DNA of 63,981 nucleotides, the filler included, from Octopus bimaculoides (taxonomy: Eukaryota): NCBI RefSeq assembly GCF_001194135.2. It is 5 parts of 4 records of this genome, joined end to end, with 100 filler letters (N's around TTAATTAATTAA, not from the genome) between each part and the next. Parts side by side here need not be neighbours in the genome. Positions count along the whole stretch, not along the records: positions 20,809 to 38,305 come from NC_068988.1; 4 more parts are not named here. One strand, written 5' to 3'. Of the stretch, positions 24,173 through 37,774 are shown in pieces. A program made the position numbers and the translations under genes. The first letter of the stretch is position 1; every line of letters begins with the position of its first letter. The notes below the pieces were generated by a model that searched no databases, was not told the origin of the DNA, and was given only the letters and a program-made list of their open reading frames with translations.

Positions 24173-24760
24173 CACACACATCTATATGTATATACATATG
24201 TATGTATACATATATACATGTATACATATACATACATACATGTATGTCCAACCCATGCCAGCATAGAAAACAGACATTAAATGATGTTGATTTGTATGTA
24301 TGCATATATGTGTGTATTTGTGTTTGCATATGCATGCATACATAAACACACACATATATATACACATACACATGCACACATAAACACATGTAAATATATA
24401 CATACAATTTTCATGCGCAAATACATAACTGTTATAACGTCTTTGCTGCACTAACATTAGTCCGTGTGTACCTGTGGTGTGTTTATGCAAATTAAGCTCT
24501 GATATACACTTATTTACAAACTATATGGAATATCTGTGTTTCTATACATACAAATATGTGCATCCATATATATTATATGTGTGTGTATATGTATCTATTT
24601 ATACATACATACACATACAAGCAATAATCTTTCAAAGTGTAATTTAGGAAGGATGTTGCCAGGGTATGGTGCAGCCCTTCCATTTGCATGATGTAATTGT
24701 GTGTTACAGAACAGAGCCAATGAGGTAGAAAATCTATAAATGATTAAGGGAACACCATAC

Positions 24761-24804
24761 CTGATTAGCTGTGTAGGGGAGAAGAGATTTCAGTTTGTCG
24801 ATTC
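24761..24804 (-). CDS. Candidate exon IDKLKSLLPYTANQ
   Basis: cattag| ... CAG|gtatgg; phase 1 to 0; compatible with 26320. Confidence 0.35.
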
Positions 24805-25094
24805 CTAATGTTATTGCAGAAAAATTTGCAACACCCTAATTTTAATCTATATTCTGTAATCCAATTTATTCTCTTCTATTCGTTTCCCATCCAGTTTATC
24901 ATTGCCTCATTTCCATATTTTTTTTTTACTGCTTTTCAATCTATCTATCTGCCTATTTATTTAATATTATCTATTTTGCTATCTATCTACGTATCTATCT
25001 ACCAATCTATGCACCTATCTACCAATTTAACTACATACCTACCTAACTACCTATCTATCTACTTGCTTCTCTATCTATCTACATATCTGTCTGT

Positions 25095-25395
25095 CTGCTT
25101 ACTTATCTATTATAATGTGGATCCTCGTCCACTTGTATGTTACTGTTGGCACTGTAATATTCTTGTCACCACCGTTATGTTGTGGCGGTATTCCACATTT
25201 TATTATCTTTGGCTCGTCTATCATGCTATCACTGATAGCTCCCAAGACAATGACTTGAAACGTCTACCTTGATTGATAGTAACTCAAACTCACATATAAC
25301 ACATAACTGACTCTGATTCCAACTGAGAACTCATACAACGACTCTATTACTGCTGACTCCCTACAATGACTGACTGTCTGACTTTGTCACGTGGG
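25095..25395 (-). mobile_element. Possible solo LTR with PBS remnant
   Basis: Minus strand has GTGACAAAG..., AATAAA and TGGACGAGGAT (PBS-like); sharp contrast with flanking microsatellite. Confidence 0.35.
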
Positions 25396-26319
25396 AAAAG
25401 GTATACCTACACTATTTATCTCTATTTTCTTTATTAGTTGACTTTGCTGTTGCCATGACTCTGGTGTTTATAGTTTCATGCCAAGGCATTTGTCAAACTT
25501 GTGAAATAAATACATATGATTGGATGTGCAGAAATACATGATAACTTTTCCATACTGGTTTCAATTTTTATTGTGAATCATGTTAAACTCCCGCCATTGT
25601 TATTTCATACAGGGTCCTGCACAGTCTGATATGGGCTATGATGTAATATAAGAACATATCAGTAATGAGACAAAAATGAATATGGGTTTGGATTTGATAG
25701 CCCTTTATTTTGTCTGTTACATATGCTTCAGTATTCAATAACATATGATATTACACTATTGATGCAATCCCTAAGGAGATGTATATATATAGTTTGACTT
25801 TATCACCTAATGACAACTAACTCCCTACAAAGCTAAGGTGTGACACCACACCTACCCCATCTCTAGTGACATACTGCTCCCACATTTGAGACAGATACAG
25901 ATATAGGAGCTACATACAGTCATCTCCAATGATTACTACACACCCAGGGATCAAAGACCACATCAAAATAAGATTACTCAACAGACTGGCATGAAGCCCT
26001 TCACCATCACATTCAAACAACCTATGCCACTCAGATGTGCTGGTCCCTTACTCTACACCTTTGTTCCTTGGAGCCCCTATTCATTGGACCTGCTCATATC
26101 ACCTTCTTGTATTACATAACACCCATACAATGTATGTTTCATTTTGTTTTGTTTTGTTTTCCTAGTCACCACATTAAGCATTTCATCCAATCCTTCTTAC
26201 TCTAGAATGTCATCCCTCTGAAATTCCTTTGTTACTCGTTCCAACCACCACTGCCACCACTACCTTCCTCCATTGGCTTCTAATTGTTCAAAAAAAAACA
26301 TTAACAATATTGATCTCAC

Positions 26320-26465
26320 CGAGCTTGGAGAACCTACAAAGGTTATCAACAGTGACCCTTCCTCTACACCACCAAACCAATGGAGAAACAGTCCATGTGT
26401 TGTTGTTGTTGTTGTTGTTGTTTTTATGGCTCTTTATGGACAGTAGGAAATCCCAATCGAATAAC
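26320..26465 (-). CDS. Candidate exon LFDWDFLLSIKSHK(N8)TWTVSPLVWWCRGRVTVDNLCRFSKL
   Basis: attgacag| ... TCG|gtgaga; phase 2 to 1; open. Confidence 0.38.
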
Positions 26466-26936
26466 CTGTCAATCGCAATAATAAACACAAAGCAATACTT
26501 ATGGTGAGGTTAGAAATCAATGCCTTACAGAAATGGTGGTGGTGTAGTTGTTAGTAGTAATAGTAGTAATAGAAGTAGTGGTGGTGGTGGTGGTGGTGGT
26601 GGTGGCTGTTAGTCGTAGTACTAGTGGCACTGCAACACTTTGCCTTCTTAACCACTTAGCCATCATTCATACTCAGCCGGCTACTTAGGTTGTCAACCAA
26701 GAAGTTCAGAAAATATTGTGAATCTGTACATACCAAAATGTCTGCCAACACATTTGATGTGTCTTGATTGGGTGAAATTGGTAAAAATACACCTCCTTCC
26801 ATAATGGCTGGCACATAATACAAAAAGCACAAAACTATATATACAAAGACACACACATAAACATAGATATATGTATATCATGTGTGTGTATGCACAGATA
26901 TGTATGTATATATTGATGGATGTATGTGTATGTATG

Positions 26937-26978
<42 letters not shown>

Positions 26979-27482
26979 CACACACAAACATACACATATG
27001 TATACATATATTTGTATATATATACTTATGCATGTTTATATATATGTGTGTGTATGTATATATATATATATAAATATATATNNNNNNNNNNNNNNNNNNN
27101 NNNNNNNNNNNNNNNNNNNNNNNNNNNNNNNNNNNNNNNNNNNNNNNNNNNNNNNNNNNNNNNNNNNNNNNNNNNNNNTATATATAATATGTATAAATCA
27201 ATAAAGAAGACACAGCAAAAACTTAAACAACAACCAAACAATCTGAAGTTGTCTAAGAGAGAAAGAAGTCAATGGTTCCTCTTAGAATTGGTGAAAATAA
27301 TAACAAAACGGATATATTTTTCATTGTTTTTATTTGAGCTTTTATTTATTTATATATGTAGTTTTATTTTCATTTCCATATTGTCTTGTTTCTGCTTTGT
27401 GATATATTCTGATTTGCTGATTTCCATATGTCAAATTCTGCAAGCTTATTTTTATTTTTTGGGGGGTTTTTAAATGTGTGAG

Positions 27483-27519
<37 letters not shown>

Positions 27520-27642
27520 CTGTATGCAGATTGATAATTATAGATAGATATATGCTTGTGTGTGCATATATATATATATATACATGTATGTATGTGCATG
27601 CATAGGTATGTGTATTTATATATCTATATGTGTGTATATATA

Positions 27643-27674
<32 letters not shown>

Positions 27675-27684
27675 NNNNNNNNNN

Positions 27685-27727
<43 letters not shown>

Positions 27728-27798
27728 AAATGCAATATACACATATATATATATTTGTGTGCAAATATATGTATGATATACATTTCCATGTGTATATA

Positions 27799-27855
<57 letters not shown>

Positions 27856-27909
27856 ATCTATATATATATATATATACACACACATTCACACACACATATA
27901 CATATACAG

Positions 27910-27955
<46 letters not shown>

Positions 27956-29656
27956 TTATACACACACTGCTCTCCCATGTCGCCACCCATCCAATCCCCT
28001 CCGTTTTGACAGCTTTCTACCATTCCTCCCGCTTCCCTTTACACACTCATACACACAAAAACTCTCTCTTTCTCACACACACACACACACACACCTAAGA
28101 ATTTACGTTGAAAGTCTCTGAATATTCTTCCTTCTGACATTGGTCCAACTCTTTCTGACAGATGTTCCTCAACAGATCAACAATATTTTTGACAGATGTT
28201 CTTCAACAAATCAACAATATTCCTCTCAAATCAATTTCCAAACACAATTATCAATTTTTTCCTCTCCTCCTTCAAACACCACCACCACCACCACCAACAC
28301 TGCCACCACCACATTTACCAGCAGCTCCCCCCCCACCACCACAACCACCCATCATTTGTTTCTTCCCTGCTTTGCTTTATCCCCCCCCCCACTCGCCTAT
28401 AGTTTGTAGTAATAATAGCAGCAACTGTAATAGTTGTTGTAGGGGGTGGTGTTGGCAGTGGTGATAGTAAAATCTGAAATAAATATAAAAAAAAGAATAA
28501 AAATAAATAAATAACCATGACAATGGTGTTCGACCTCAAAAAAGAAGAAGAAAAAAATTAAGATATTAGCAAGGAAAAGCCATCATCTTATCCACCTAGT
28601 GTCAGTTTGTCTTGGAATAATACTCTTTATTAATCAGCATCATTCTTTATTAATCAGCATCATTCTTTATTAATGTCATTTTATTTTGTCATATGTTGTT
28701 GTTGTTGCTGTTCTGGGCACATTAGATAATGTGCTCCTAGTTTCTCTTGCTTTCCTCTTCCCTGTTGGAACTAAAAAAAAAAACAAGAAAAATATAAAAC
28801 CGTCATGCTTGGATTGTGTTTTTCATTATAGTGTCTCCTTCTCAGGATTGACCTAGGGTTAAATAATAAGGTTACATGTGTACGTGCAGATGTATGGGCA
28901 AGATGTTTTGAGGAAGACTAACAGTTGCTCAAGTATGCTTACCTCCCTTCTCCAGGCTGCCCCTGTTGTTTAACCAAGGGAAAGGCTGCCCAACATGGAA
29001 ATATAGATTTAAGCAACCAGTATCCTCACAGGCATTGCTGTTAGAACAGAAAGGGCTAGAAGAGGGACTGCAAGGCACATTATGGCTCTGGGTTGATATT
29101 TTTGTTTTTTTATTGACCCCCAAAAGGATAAAAGTCATAATTGACCTTGGCAGAATTTGAACCCAGGGTGCAGAAAATCAGAACAAATACCACACTCACC
29201 TTATATAGTAGATACACAGACAGCAGCAGCAGTAGAGGCAGGTGATGCTGCTCAGTCTCAGGTCAACTTTGATCCAGTAGCACTCCAATGAAAGGCTTTC
29301 CAGCTGTAACTATTCAGTCACATTTTGGCATATCAAATACTAAATAGCCTAAGATGATAGGAGAGTGTGATGTGGTTTTTTAGAGAAACTTGGCTGCTAT
29401 TTCTAGCAAATAGAGAATCCCTCAATAATTGTTGTTGCTGTATTTGTTATTGTGGTTGAAGCCATTCTGGTTACTGTGGCAAAAGAGACTATTCTGATAT
29501 TAAAACTGTTGCCTCGGCAAAAGCTGTGTACTTGATGATGCTTGTATCACATTATTTTGTTATGGCACAAGCACTAGAGGGGTTGTTGTGTAATCGAGAA
29601 GACTAAAAGGTCCTCTTGACTTCATATTATCTTTACTCATTTCTCAACCACTTTAG

Positions 29657-29797
29657 AGAGTTTTCTGGGTGCGTTTTATCTTGGACCCTGCACTAGACAA
29701 ATCACTGTGTACCCAACGAGACAAAGAGTTCCAATTACTCGTTGATGCATTTTGTTTGCTCAAGACAATGAGGCGGAGAAGGCAACTAAAAGAAAGG
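29657..29797 (+). CDS. Candidate coding exon RVFWVRFILDPALDKSLCTQRDKEFQLLVDAFCLLKTMRRRRQLKER; product unidentified
   Basis: Long pyrimidine tract ...ttctcaaccactttag|, 141 nt open, phase 0-0, AGG|gtgaga. Confidence 0.55.
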
Positions 29798-30343
29798 GTG
29801 AGAGAGGGAGAATAACAGAAGAAACCACGAAGGGAGCAAAAGTATGATGATAGAAACAGATTGGGATAAGAGATTAGTAGAAGAGGAGAGTGAACAATGG
29901 ATAAGAGATGGTCAGTGGACAAGCTATCTTAAATGAAAATAAGGTCACATCAACTAATGTAGCCCTTAATTTACTAAAACCTCTGCCTTGCAGAGATGTT
30001 AGTAAATCAGTCCCTTTTGCCAAACTGTTAAATTACAGGAATATAAACAAAACAACACCAGTTTTCCTGTGGTGAGAGATTCGCACAAAAATATGTCCTC
30101 ACCCAAGGTGCTGCACAGTGGGACTGAACCTGAAACCACATGATTTTGAAGGGAACTTCTTAACCACAAAGCCATGCCCACACCAATCTGGAAGAAGATA
30201 AAAATAACAAGGTGGTCATATTTGGAATGCTTTAGATAATAGATTTGTTCAATCAAGACAGACCAGGGACTAAAACTGCTTCAGTTAAGATGGTTGGTTC
30301 AGTCTCATACGGTTTATCTTAGTTTTCATACAATAGCAGTTAG

Positions 30344-30392
<49 letters not shown>

Positions 30393-30577
30393 CATGTGTG
30401 TGTGTTGGTGGGGGGCATGTCATGTCAAAAAAGACTTGTCACAACTACAACAAGACTTGTCACATCTAAAAGACATGTCATATGGAATCAGTTATTACCT
30501 ATATACCAAATAATCTCTTTGTTTAGGATCATAAGTTGAGGAATTTAAACTTTTGAATGGTTCTTCTTAATCTACAG

Positions 30578-30628
30578 AAAAGGGTTACCAAGTACGTTTC
30601 TATCTTCCATAAGTATTCGGAATTCTAA
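30578..30628 (+). CDS. Candidate terminal exon KRVTKYVSIFHKYSEF* (or 14-nt exon to gtacgt)
   Basis: ttcttcttaatctacag| acceptor; phase 0 fits 29797. Confidence 0.33.
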   Translation, partial: KRVTKYVSIFHKYSEF

Positions 30629-31039
30629 AATTCATGCTTGTGTGCAAATGTCAAATATTTGTGTATGTATATCTATAAGCAAACACCAAAGCTCATCTGT
30701 AGATATAAACACACCCATACAACATACGCATACATACATACATATATATGTGTGTATATATATATAATGTGCATTCAATTATATAACAGCTTTATGTTAT
30801 TAATTTTGTGTGTGTATATATGTATATATGTGTCCATGTATATCATATCTGTTCATAGATCTCCACATATTTGTGCACATATGTGTTTGTATATATAAAT
30901 ATGTTTATATAGTTAATGTGTATATACATACTTATGCCTTACTACACACACACACGTATGGATTTATTTCACATATATGTATGTGTATGTATATATGTAT
31001 ATTCATATATATATATATATATATTTATACATTTGTGTT

Positions 31040-31082
<43 letters not shown>

Positions 31083-31931
31083 ATATATATAAATGTATGA
31101 ACTTGTAATAATATGTATGTATATATATATAAATGTATGAACTTGTAATAATATGTATGTATACATATATGAATCTATGCGTGTATATGTTTGTAATATA
31201 CATGTATTGATCTATATTGTATGTATATATTAACTTGTTTATGAAACACATCTACATATATAACATATGTATTTATGTATACACATACATACACAAACAC
31301 ACACACATGCAGATATATGTGTGTGTTTGTGCGTGTACGCATTGAGAGAACTCTAAGAAGATATTTACACAGGTACTCAGCATTATTTAATACCTGATTG
31401 TAGAGCAACTTCTTCCTGTGTTCAATAATATATTACTTAGATGTTTGTAGGTTTAATATTTGATTGGTTCAACTGTCAAAATTGTGATCGCATCAAATAT
31501 AAACTATTTACACAAGAGAATGTCTTGTCATTCTTCTATTTTTGCCTATCATTGGGAAATCTGGGGAGAGATAGACAGAGAGAGGTAGGGGAGAAAAAGA
31601 GAGGAAGAGGATGAGAAAGAAGGGGTTGTGTTAGATGTGGTGGTAGTGGTGGTGGTGGAGGTTGTTTATTGGGATGTTGACGGGGGGGGGGGATTCACTT
31701 ATTTATATCAATATATATGTGCGTGTGTGTATATTGAGTGTATTTATTAGTTGATATGTATTCCTGTGTATTCGTGTGCATAAATATATACATACACATA
31801 AATATTTACACACATATGTATGCAGATTTCTGTGTATGTGCATGTGTGTGTGTGTGTACAGAGAGAGAGATAATGTAACTGTATATGTGTATATATGAAT
31901 ATATATGTATATATGTGTGTGTGTATGTATG

Positions 31932-31973
<42 letters not shown>

Positions 31974-32057
31974 TAGTGTGTATATAGATATGTGCAGATG
32001 GATGGATAGACAGGCAGACAGATTGAAATAGATATATAGTGTGCATGTGTATGTGTG

Positions 32058-32114
<57 letters not shown>

Positions 32115-32464
32115 GTATAGTGTGTGTTTGTGTGTGTGTATATATATATACATATATATATATATACACACATAGAGAGAGAGAGAGAGAAACACACATT
32201 CATATGCATTATTGACTCAGCAGAGCTTTTTATTGGTTGATGATGATGATGATGAAAGAGGTGGGGGGTACTCATGATGTCTGTTATGATCTTGATGATG
32301 GTGGTGGTGGTGGTGGTGGTGGTATTGGTAAGAAGGGTAATGATGAGGAGGTGGCAGGGTGAGGATGGTTGTTTTGATGACGACGACAACGATGATGATG
32401 ATGATTATAAAGATGGGTGTGATAATTATGATACTGATAAGGATGGTTGTAAAGATGATAGTGC

Positions 32465-32495
<31 letters not shown>

Positions 32496-32789
32496 AGGAT
32501 GGGTGTGATGATTATGTTGATAAGAAAGATTGTTGTGCAGCTACTGATGATGATGATGATGATGATGATGTCACAAGATGGAAAATTCATTTCCATTTTC
32601 ATGCATTACTTTGTTTGCCAATATAGTTTACATTCTTCAAAAATTGTTGCCAAAATAGCATTCGCAGACTAAATCTTCCTGAAAATTCATTTCAAGAATT
32701 TTTCCATAAGCAAAATTATGTTTGAGTCTGTATACTTAATTAGCTTTACCTGTAGAATATATTAATGAACAACACACAGACAAACACGC

Positions 32790-32829
<40 letters not shown>

Positions 32830-32832
<3 letters not shown>

Positions 32833-32995
32833 CGTAGTAGTGGCTGTGTGGTAAGTAGCTTGCTTACCAACCAGATGGTACCAGGTTCAGTCCCACTGTG
32901 TGGCATCTTGGGCAAGTGTCTTCTACTATAGCCTCGGGCCGACCAAAGCCTTGTGAGTAGATTTGGTAGATGGAAACTGAAAGAAGCCCGTCATA

Positions 32996-33053
<58 letters not shown>

Positions 33054-33170
33054 CATGTGTTTGTGTGTCTGTGTTTGTCCCCCAAAATTGCTTGACAACC
33101 GATGCTGGTGTGTTTACGTCCCCGTAACCTAGCGGTTCGGCAAAAGAGACCGATAGAATAAGTACTACCT
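32830..33170 (+). mobile_element. tRNA-derived SINE family B, near full length with internal (TA)n
   Basis: A-box-like GTGGCTGTGTGG, B-box-like GGTTCAGTCCC. Other copies at ~21798-21950(+), 22315-22470(+), 30055-30182(-), 35025-35160(+), 36550-36710(+), 52810-52950(-), 55360-55560(-). Confidence 0.88.
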
Positions 33171-33399
33171 CACAGCACAAGTTCAATTCATTCCATGACC
33201 AAGCTCGTCTTACAATTTACTCATTTTACAAATCAATTTTCCCTAACTAAAATATAATTAATCTGTTCCCAAAACCCACTCAAAAATAATTTTTTATAGG
33301 TTTTAAAACAGAAAAGGTGTAAAATGACAATTCTAAAACAGAGAATGCAAAAGAAATATATGTAAACTGGTTTTATTTAACTGAATTACCTTAAAGATG

Positions 33400-33522
33400 G
33401 GAAGGTTTGTGTGCTTGTACTGCGGATTTCTGCTCGTACTTCAAGACAAAAATTCACACGAGTCTCGACTCATACAACAAATTACTTGTACAATGGTGCA
33501 CTCATACTGCGAGGTTTTACTC
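33400..33522. mobile_element. Right end of a Tigger-like MITE
   Basis: CTCATACTGCGAGGTTTTACT terminus and internal CTCGTAC/CTTGTAC subrepeats. Confidence 0.45.
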
Positions 33523-33539
33523 TGTGTGTGTGTGTGTGT

Positions 33540-33915
33540 GTAAAATCATCATCATCATCATTTAGCATCCATTTTCCCATGCTGATATGGGTAAGACAGT
33601 TTGACTGGTGCTGGTAAAACAGAGAGCTGCACCAGGCTCCAGTTGTCTGTTTTGACTTGGTTTCTATCGCTGGATGCCCTTTCTAATGCCAACCACTCTA
33701 AGAGTGTCCTGGGTGTCTCTCATGTGTCGCCTGCACAGATGTTTTTAATATGTCATCAGCACTGGTGTCTCTCATGTGTCACTGACACAGGTGCCTCTCA
33801 CATATCACCAGCACTGGTGCCTCTAGATGTATCACCAGCACAGGGGCCTCTCACATGTCACCAGCACAGATGTCTTCTATGTGTCACCGGCACAGGTGTC
33901 TGTCACATGTCACTG
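33540..33915 (-). mobile_element. RTE-related SINE-like element with internal ~26-bp minisatellite
   Basis: Minus strand GTGGTTGGCATTAGAAAGGGCATCCAGC; about 8 units of TGTCACCAGCACAGGTG(C/T)CTCTCA. Confidence 0.65.
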
Positions 33916-34953
33916 GCACTGGACAATATATGTATATACACACACACACACTCACACACACAAATGTACACATATATACACACACATACATGCACACCTC
34001 CACACCTCTATCTCTCTTCTTTTAGTTACATGTTTCTCTCTCAAATGTGTGTGTGTGCTTTACGTTGGTCTTTCAGTTCCTTAACAGAATAAGGGTACTG
34101 TCATAACAAGGCTTGTCTTGGGCATTTTTCAACCGAGCACATCCCCACCATCTGCATGTCTTACAATCATTTTCTTCGAGAAGGACAGAGATAGATAGAC
34201 AGAAAAAAAAAGGAGCAATAAAAAGGGATGAATCAACCCCATTACTTGAATCGTATTTTATTTATCAACCCTGAAAGGATGAAGGGCAAAGCTGACCCCA
34301 ACAGGATTTGATCTCAGAGCACAGCAAAATCAGAATGTTTACAACAAAGCAATCTATCCAACACGTTTAACTCTGCTGAGTGGCTGCTTCATATATATTT
34401 ATGTATGAAGGCACATGGTTATGATGTTGCACTTCTGATCACTGAGTATTGTTGTGTTGAGCACATTACATATTGGTTTCATTCACTCAGCTGCAAATGG
34501 TAACCTCCACAATGCACTGGTGTTCTGTTCAGGATCAATGTTGGCCTGTTTGCCTGCCTTGCCAGTGAAATGTAACAAAAATGGTAAAGGTACCTTCTAG
34601 AGCTATGCTAACTCATAAGGGTTAGTTTCCCAGTTTCATGGCCAGCTTCCTGGTTTCATTTTTCCCCACCTTTACGGGATACAGGTCTGTCACTGGATTA
34701 CTCATTTTTGCCAGCTGAGTTGACTTGAGCAACATGAAGTGCAGTGTTTTGCTCAAGAACACAATGCATTGCCCTGTCCAGGACTTGAAACCACAATCTT
34801 ACAATCAGGAGACCAACACCCTGACCACTAAGCCATATACCTCCACAGTCAGTGAAGCGGCATCGTTTGAAAGCTAGAACAATACAAAGTGCATTGTGAT
34901 CAGCAGTGTATAACATCTGACTCACTAGTTAATACTGTGATATATATATATAT

Positions 34954-34996
<43 letters not shown>

Positions 34997-35158
34997 TGTG
35001 TGTGTGTGAATTATTTCAAGCAAAGGTGTGGCTGTGTGGTAAGTTTGCTTTCTATCTAACCACATGGTCCTGCATGACACCTTCACAAGTGTCCTCAAAC
35101 AGACCAACGCCTTGTGAGTGGATCTGGTAGACAGAAACTGAAAAAAGCCTGTCATGTA

Positions 35159-35199
<41 letters not shown>

Positions 35200-35596
35200 T
35201 AATAAAAGTGTACAGTATTATATATGCAGTATGGCCAATCTTACCTGTTGGTTTCACACCAGTGGTTCAACGGTGTGTTAGCTAACAGTCCGATTATGTA
35301 ACCCTGCACTCTTCAGAGCTAATATATATGTACGTATGTATGTGTGTGTGTGTGTGTATGAAAGTGTGTATATGTATGAAGTGGTGATAATCAATCTTCC
35401 AATTGTGTCCATTGAATATGTTTCATGACTGATATTATCTGTCAGTTCAGTTTTCCACAGGCAACTCTTGTACTCTTAGCACAATCCTCAGAAGGATCTA
35501 CACATGTGGCAACGTCTCATCTCACAAATCATAAATTAAGGTTACAGTCCATTCAAAGAACTCCCACACAGTTTCCATTTACCTATTTTCACTCAC

Positions 35597-35704
35597 TGGG
35601 CAAAAACTCCCCAGGATTTCATGATTGCCAAGTAAACTTGAAAGAACCGATGGATACAGTTTCCTTTGTTTGAGCAGCAGATCAACTTCAAAGCAATGAT
35701 ATAC
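35597..35704 (-). CDS. Candidate 108-nt exon, two open frames (VYHCFEVDLLLKQRKLYPSVLSSLLGNHEILGSFCP or YIIALKLICCSNKGNCIHRFFQVYLAIMKSWGVFA)
   Basis: acatacag| ... CCA|gtgagt on the minus strand. Confidence 0.48.
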
Positions 35705-35719
35705 CTGTATGTGTTCATT

Positions 35720-35765
<46 letters not shown>

Positions 35766-36213
35766 TTCTGAATGTATTTGTGTACCAGTCAATATGGAAG
35801 TATATATGTACATACTCACACACATATACATACAGGTAGGCGTCCACATGCACTAACATAAAAACATTCACAGGAATGCATTCACATACACAAAAGTATT
35901 AATTAGGTCACAAAAATGCTCATCCAAAAATCAGATTCTAATGCACTTCCTGTAGTATGTGGAGAAAGGATATATGTGTGTGTGTGTGTGTATACATATA
36001 TGTATGTGTCTTTGTATGTATGTATTTTTATCTGAGCTTGCTTGTATGTGTGTGCGTGTTTGTGCAGTTATGTATATAAATGTGTGCTGTTATATGTGTA
36101 TATATACATATTTCCATATTGTTATGTTCACATATCTCTGTCTATATGAGCATATATGTGTTTGTGTGTGTCAGCACCTCATTATACACATAAAAACACA
36201 AACAAATGCATAT

Positions 36214-36315
<102 letters not shown>

Positions 36316-36432
36316 GAGTATTCTGATAATTATTAAATGTGTATATTTGAAACCCTTCTGAGTTAATCTTTTAAACTTTCATCCACTAAAGAAGCTTTAA
36401 ATAAGTCCATCACAGGAGAGAATCAAACAAGA

Positions 36433-36510
36433 ATTAATAACAGATGCTCGAAGACTTTTGTAGGCCAAACTATAGAAAAATACAAGAAGAAATTCACACA
36501 ACACCTTGCA
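36433..36510 (+). mobile_element. Penelope-like GIY-YIG endonuclease remnant
   Basis: INNRCSKTFVGQTIEKYKKKFTQHL resembles C..C...YIGQT.R....R..EH. Confidence 0.5.
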
Positions 36511-37125
36511 CCCGGCAGATAACATCCGCTAAAAATTCATGCAAACTATATGTGGCTGTGTGGTAAGAAGGTTGCTCTCCAACTACATAGTTTCAGGTTT
36601 AGCACACTGCATAGCAGTATGGGCTATTGTACACTACTATAGCCTTGGGCCAACCAAAGCCTTGTGAGTGGATTTGGTAGACTGAGACTGAAAGAAGCTT
36701 GTCATATGTGTGTATGTATACACATATATACTAGTTTGATAAGTGTCAATGCACAAAATTCTCAACCTCTGAGTTACTCTGGTACTTCTGCCAAAAGAGA
36801 GAAAAAAAATGGAAGACAGGACAAGTAACACAAAGAACAACCCTTCATCAGTTGTCGGCTGTCTATCTACTCCTCATTTCACATGATAGATAGACAGACA
36901 GACAGACAAACTCAACAATGTATCCTGTAAACAAACTTAAAAGATACATATATTATATTATATTATACATATAATATATTATATAATATATTATACATAT
37001 AATATATTATATAATATATTGTATAGGGTTTATTGAAATAATGAATATATACTCTACATTTTAAAACATATCGTGTAATTTATAAATTAGTGGTCTTCTT
37101 GATTATCTGATTAAGATCTTCATAT

Positions 37126-37156
<31 letters not shown>

Positions 37157-37774
37157 TTCAGAAATGCACACACACATACATATAAAAGGCCAGTATTGAT
37201 ACAGGTAGCCACTCTCAAAAACACACACACACACGCTTATTATTTACACCTGTGGAAATGTTTGTATGTATGTATGTATGCATGTATGGAAACATGGTTG
37301 GGTGGATAGTTCGAAGTAGGTAATGGCTTAGAATAAAGCCAGAGGTAATCTACCAATAGCTATAGTTACTGCAATAAGGTATATTAATCGCATTAATCTC
37401 CTATATTATAATTATAATTAAGCTAATCCTCCAACACTTTAATGAGATTCTTCTGTGTTTATTTACATTCTTTTCTTTTTACCTTCTCATCGTTTATTTC
37501 AAAATAAATTTAACAGCTTAACAAATTTTTGGTTTTGTTTTTTCCGTTTATCTTCCTTTCTGTTAGTTTGGATTAAATTGTACCAAATATGAGAATATAG
37601 AAGTGGTGATAATAGTGATGGAGGTGGTTTTGGTAGTGATGATGATGATAATGATGATGATGCTTGCAACAGCAATTACTTTGCTGTTAAGATGGCAAAC
37701 AGGTAGAATTATTAGTGTGGGGGATACAGCATTTTACGGCATTTCTTCCAGTTCTTCATTCTGAGTTCAAATAC

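Noticed and set aside
28944-29050. Minus-strand donor GAG|gtaagc with several possible acceptors
   Set aside because: No acceptor gives an unambiguous frame that fits the chain; left uncalled
32274-32672. Asp-rich 132-aa ORF
   Set aside because: (GAT)n/(GGT)n microsatellite; no splice or start support
33700-33915. Regularly spaced ~26-bp repeats as a CRISPR-like array
   Set aside because: No unique spacers; degenerate head-to-tail minisatellite in eukaryotic DNA
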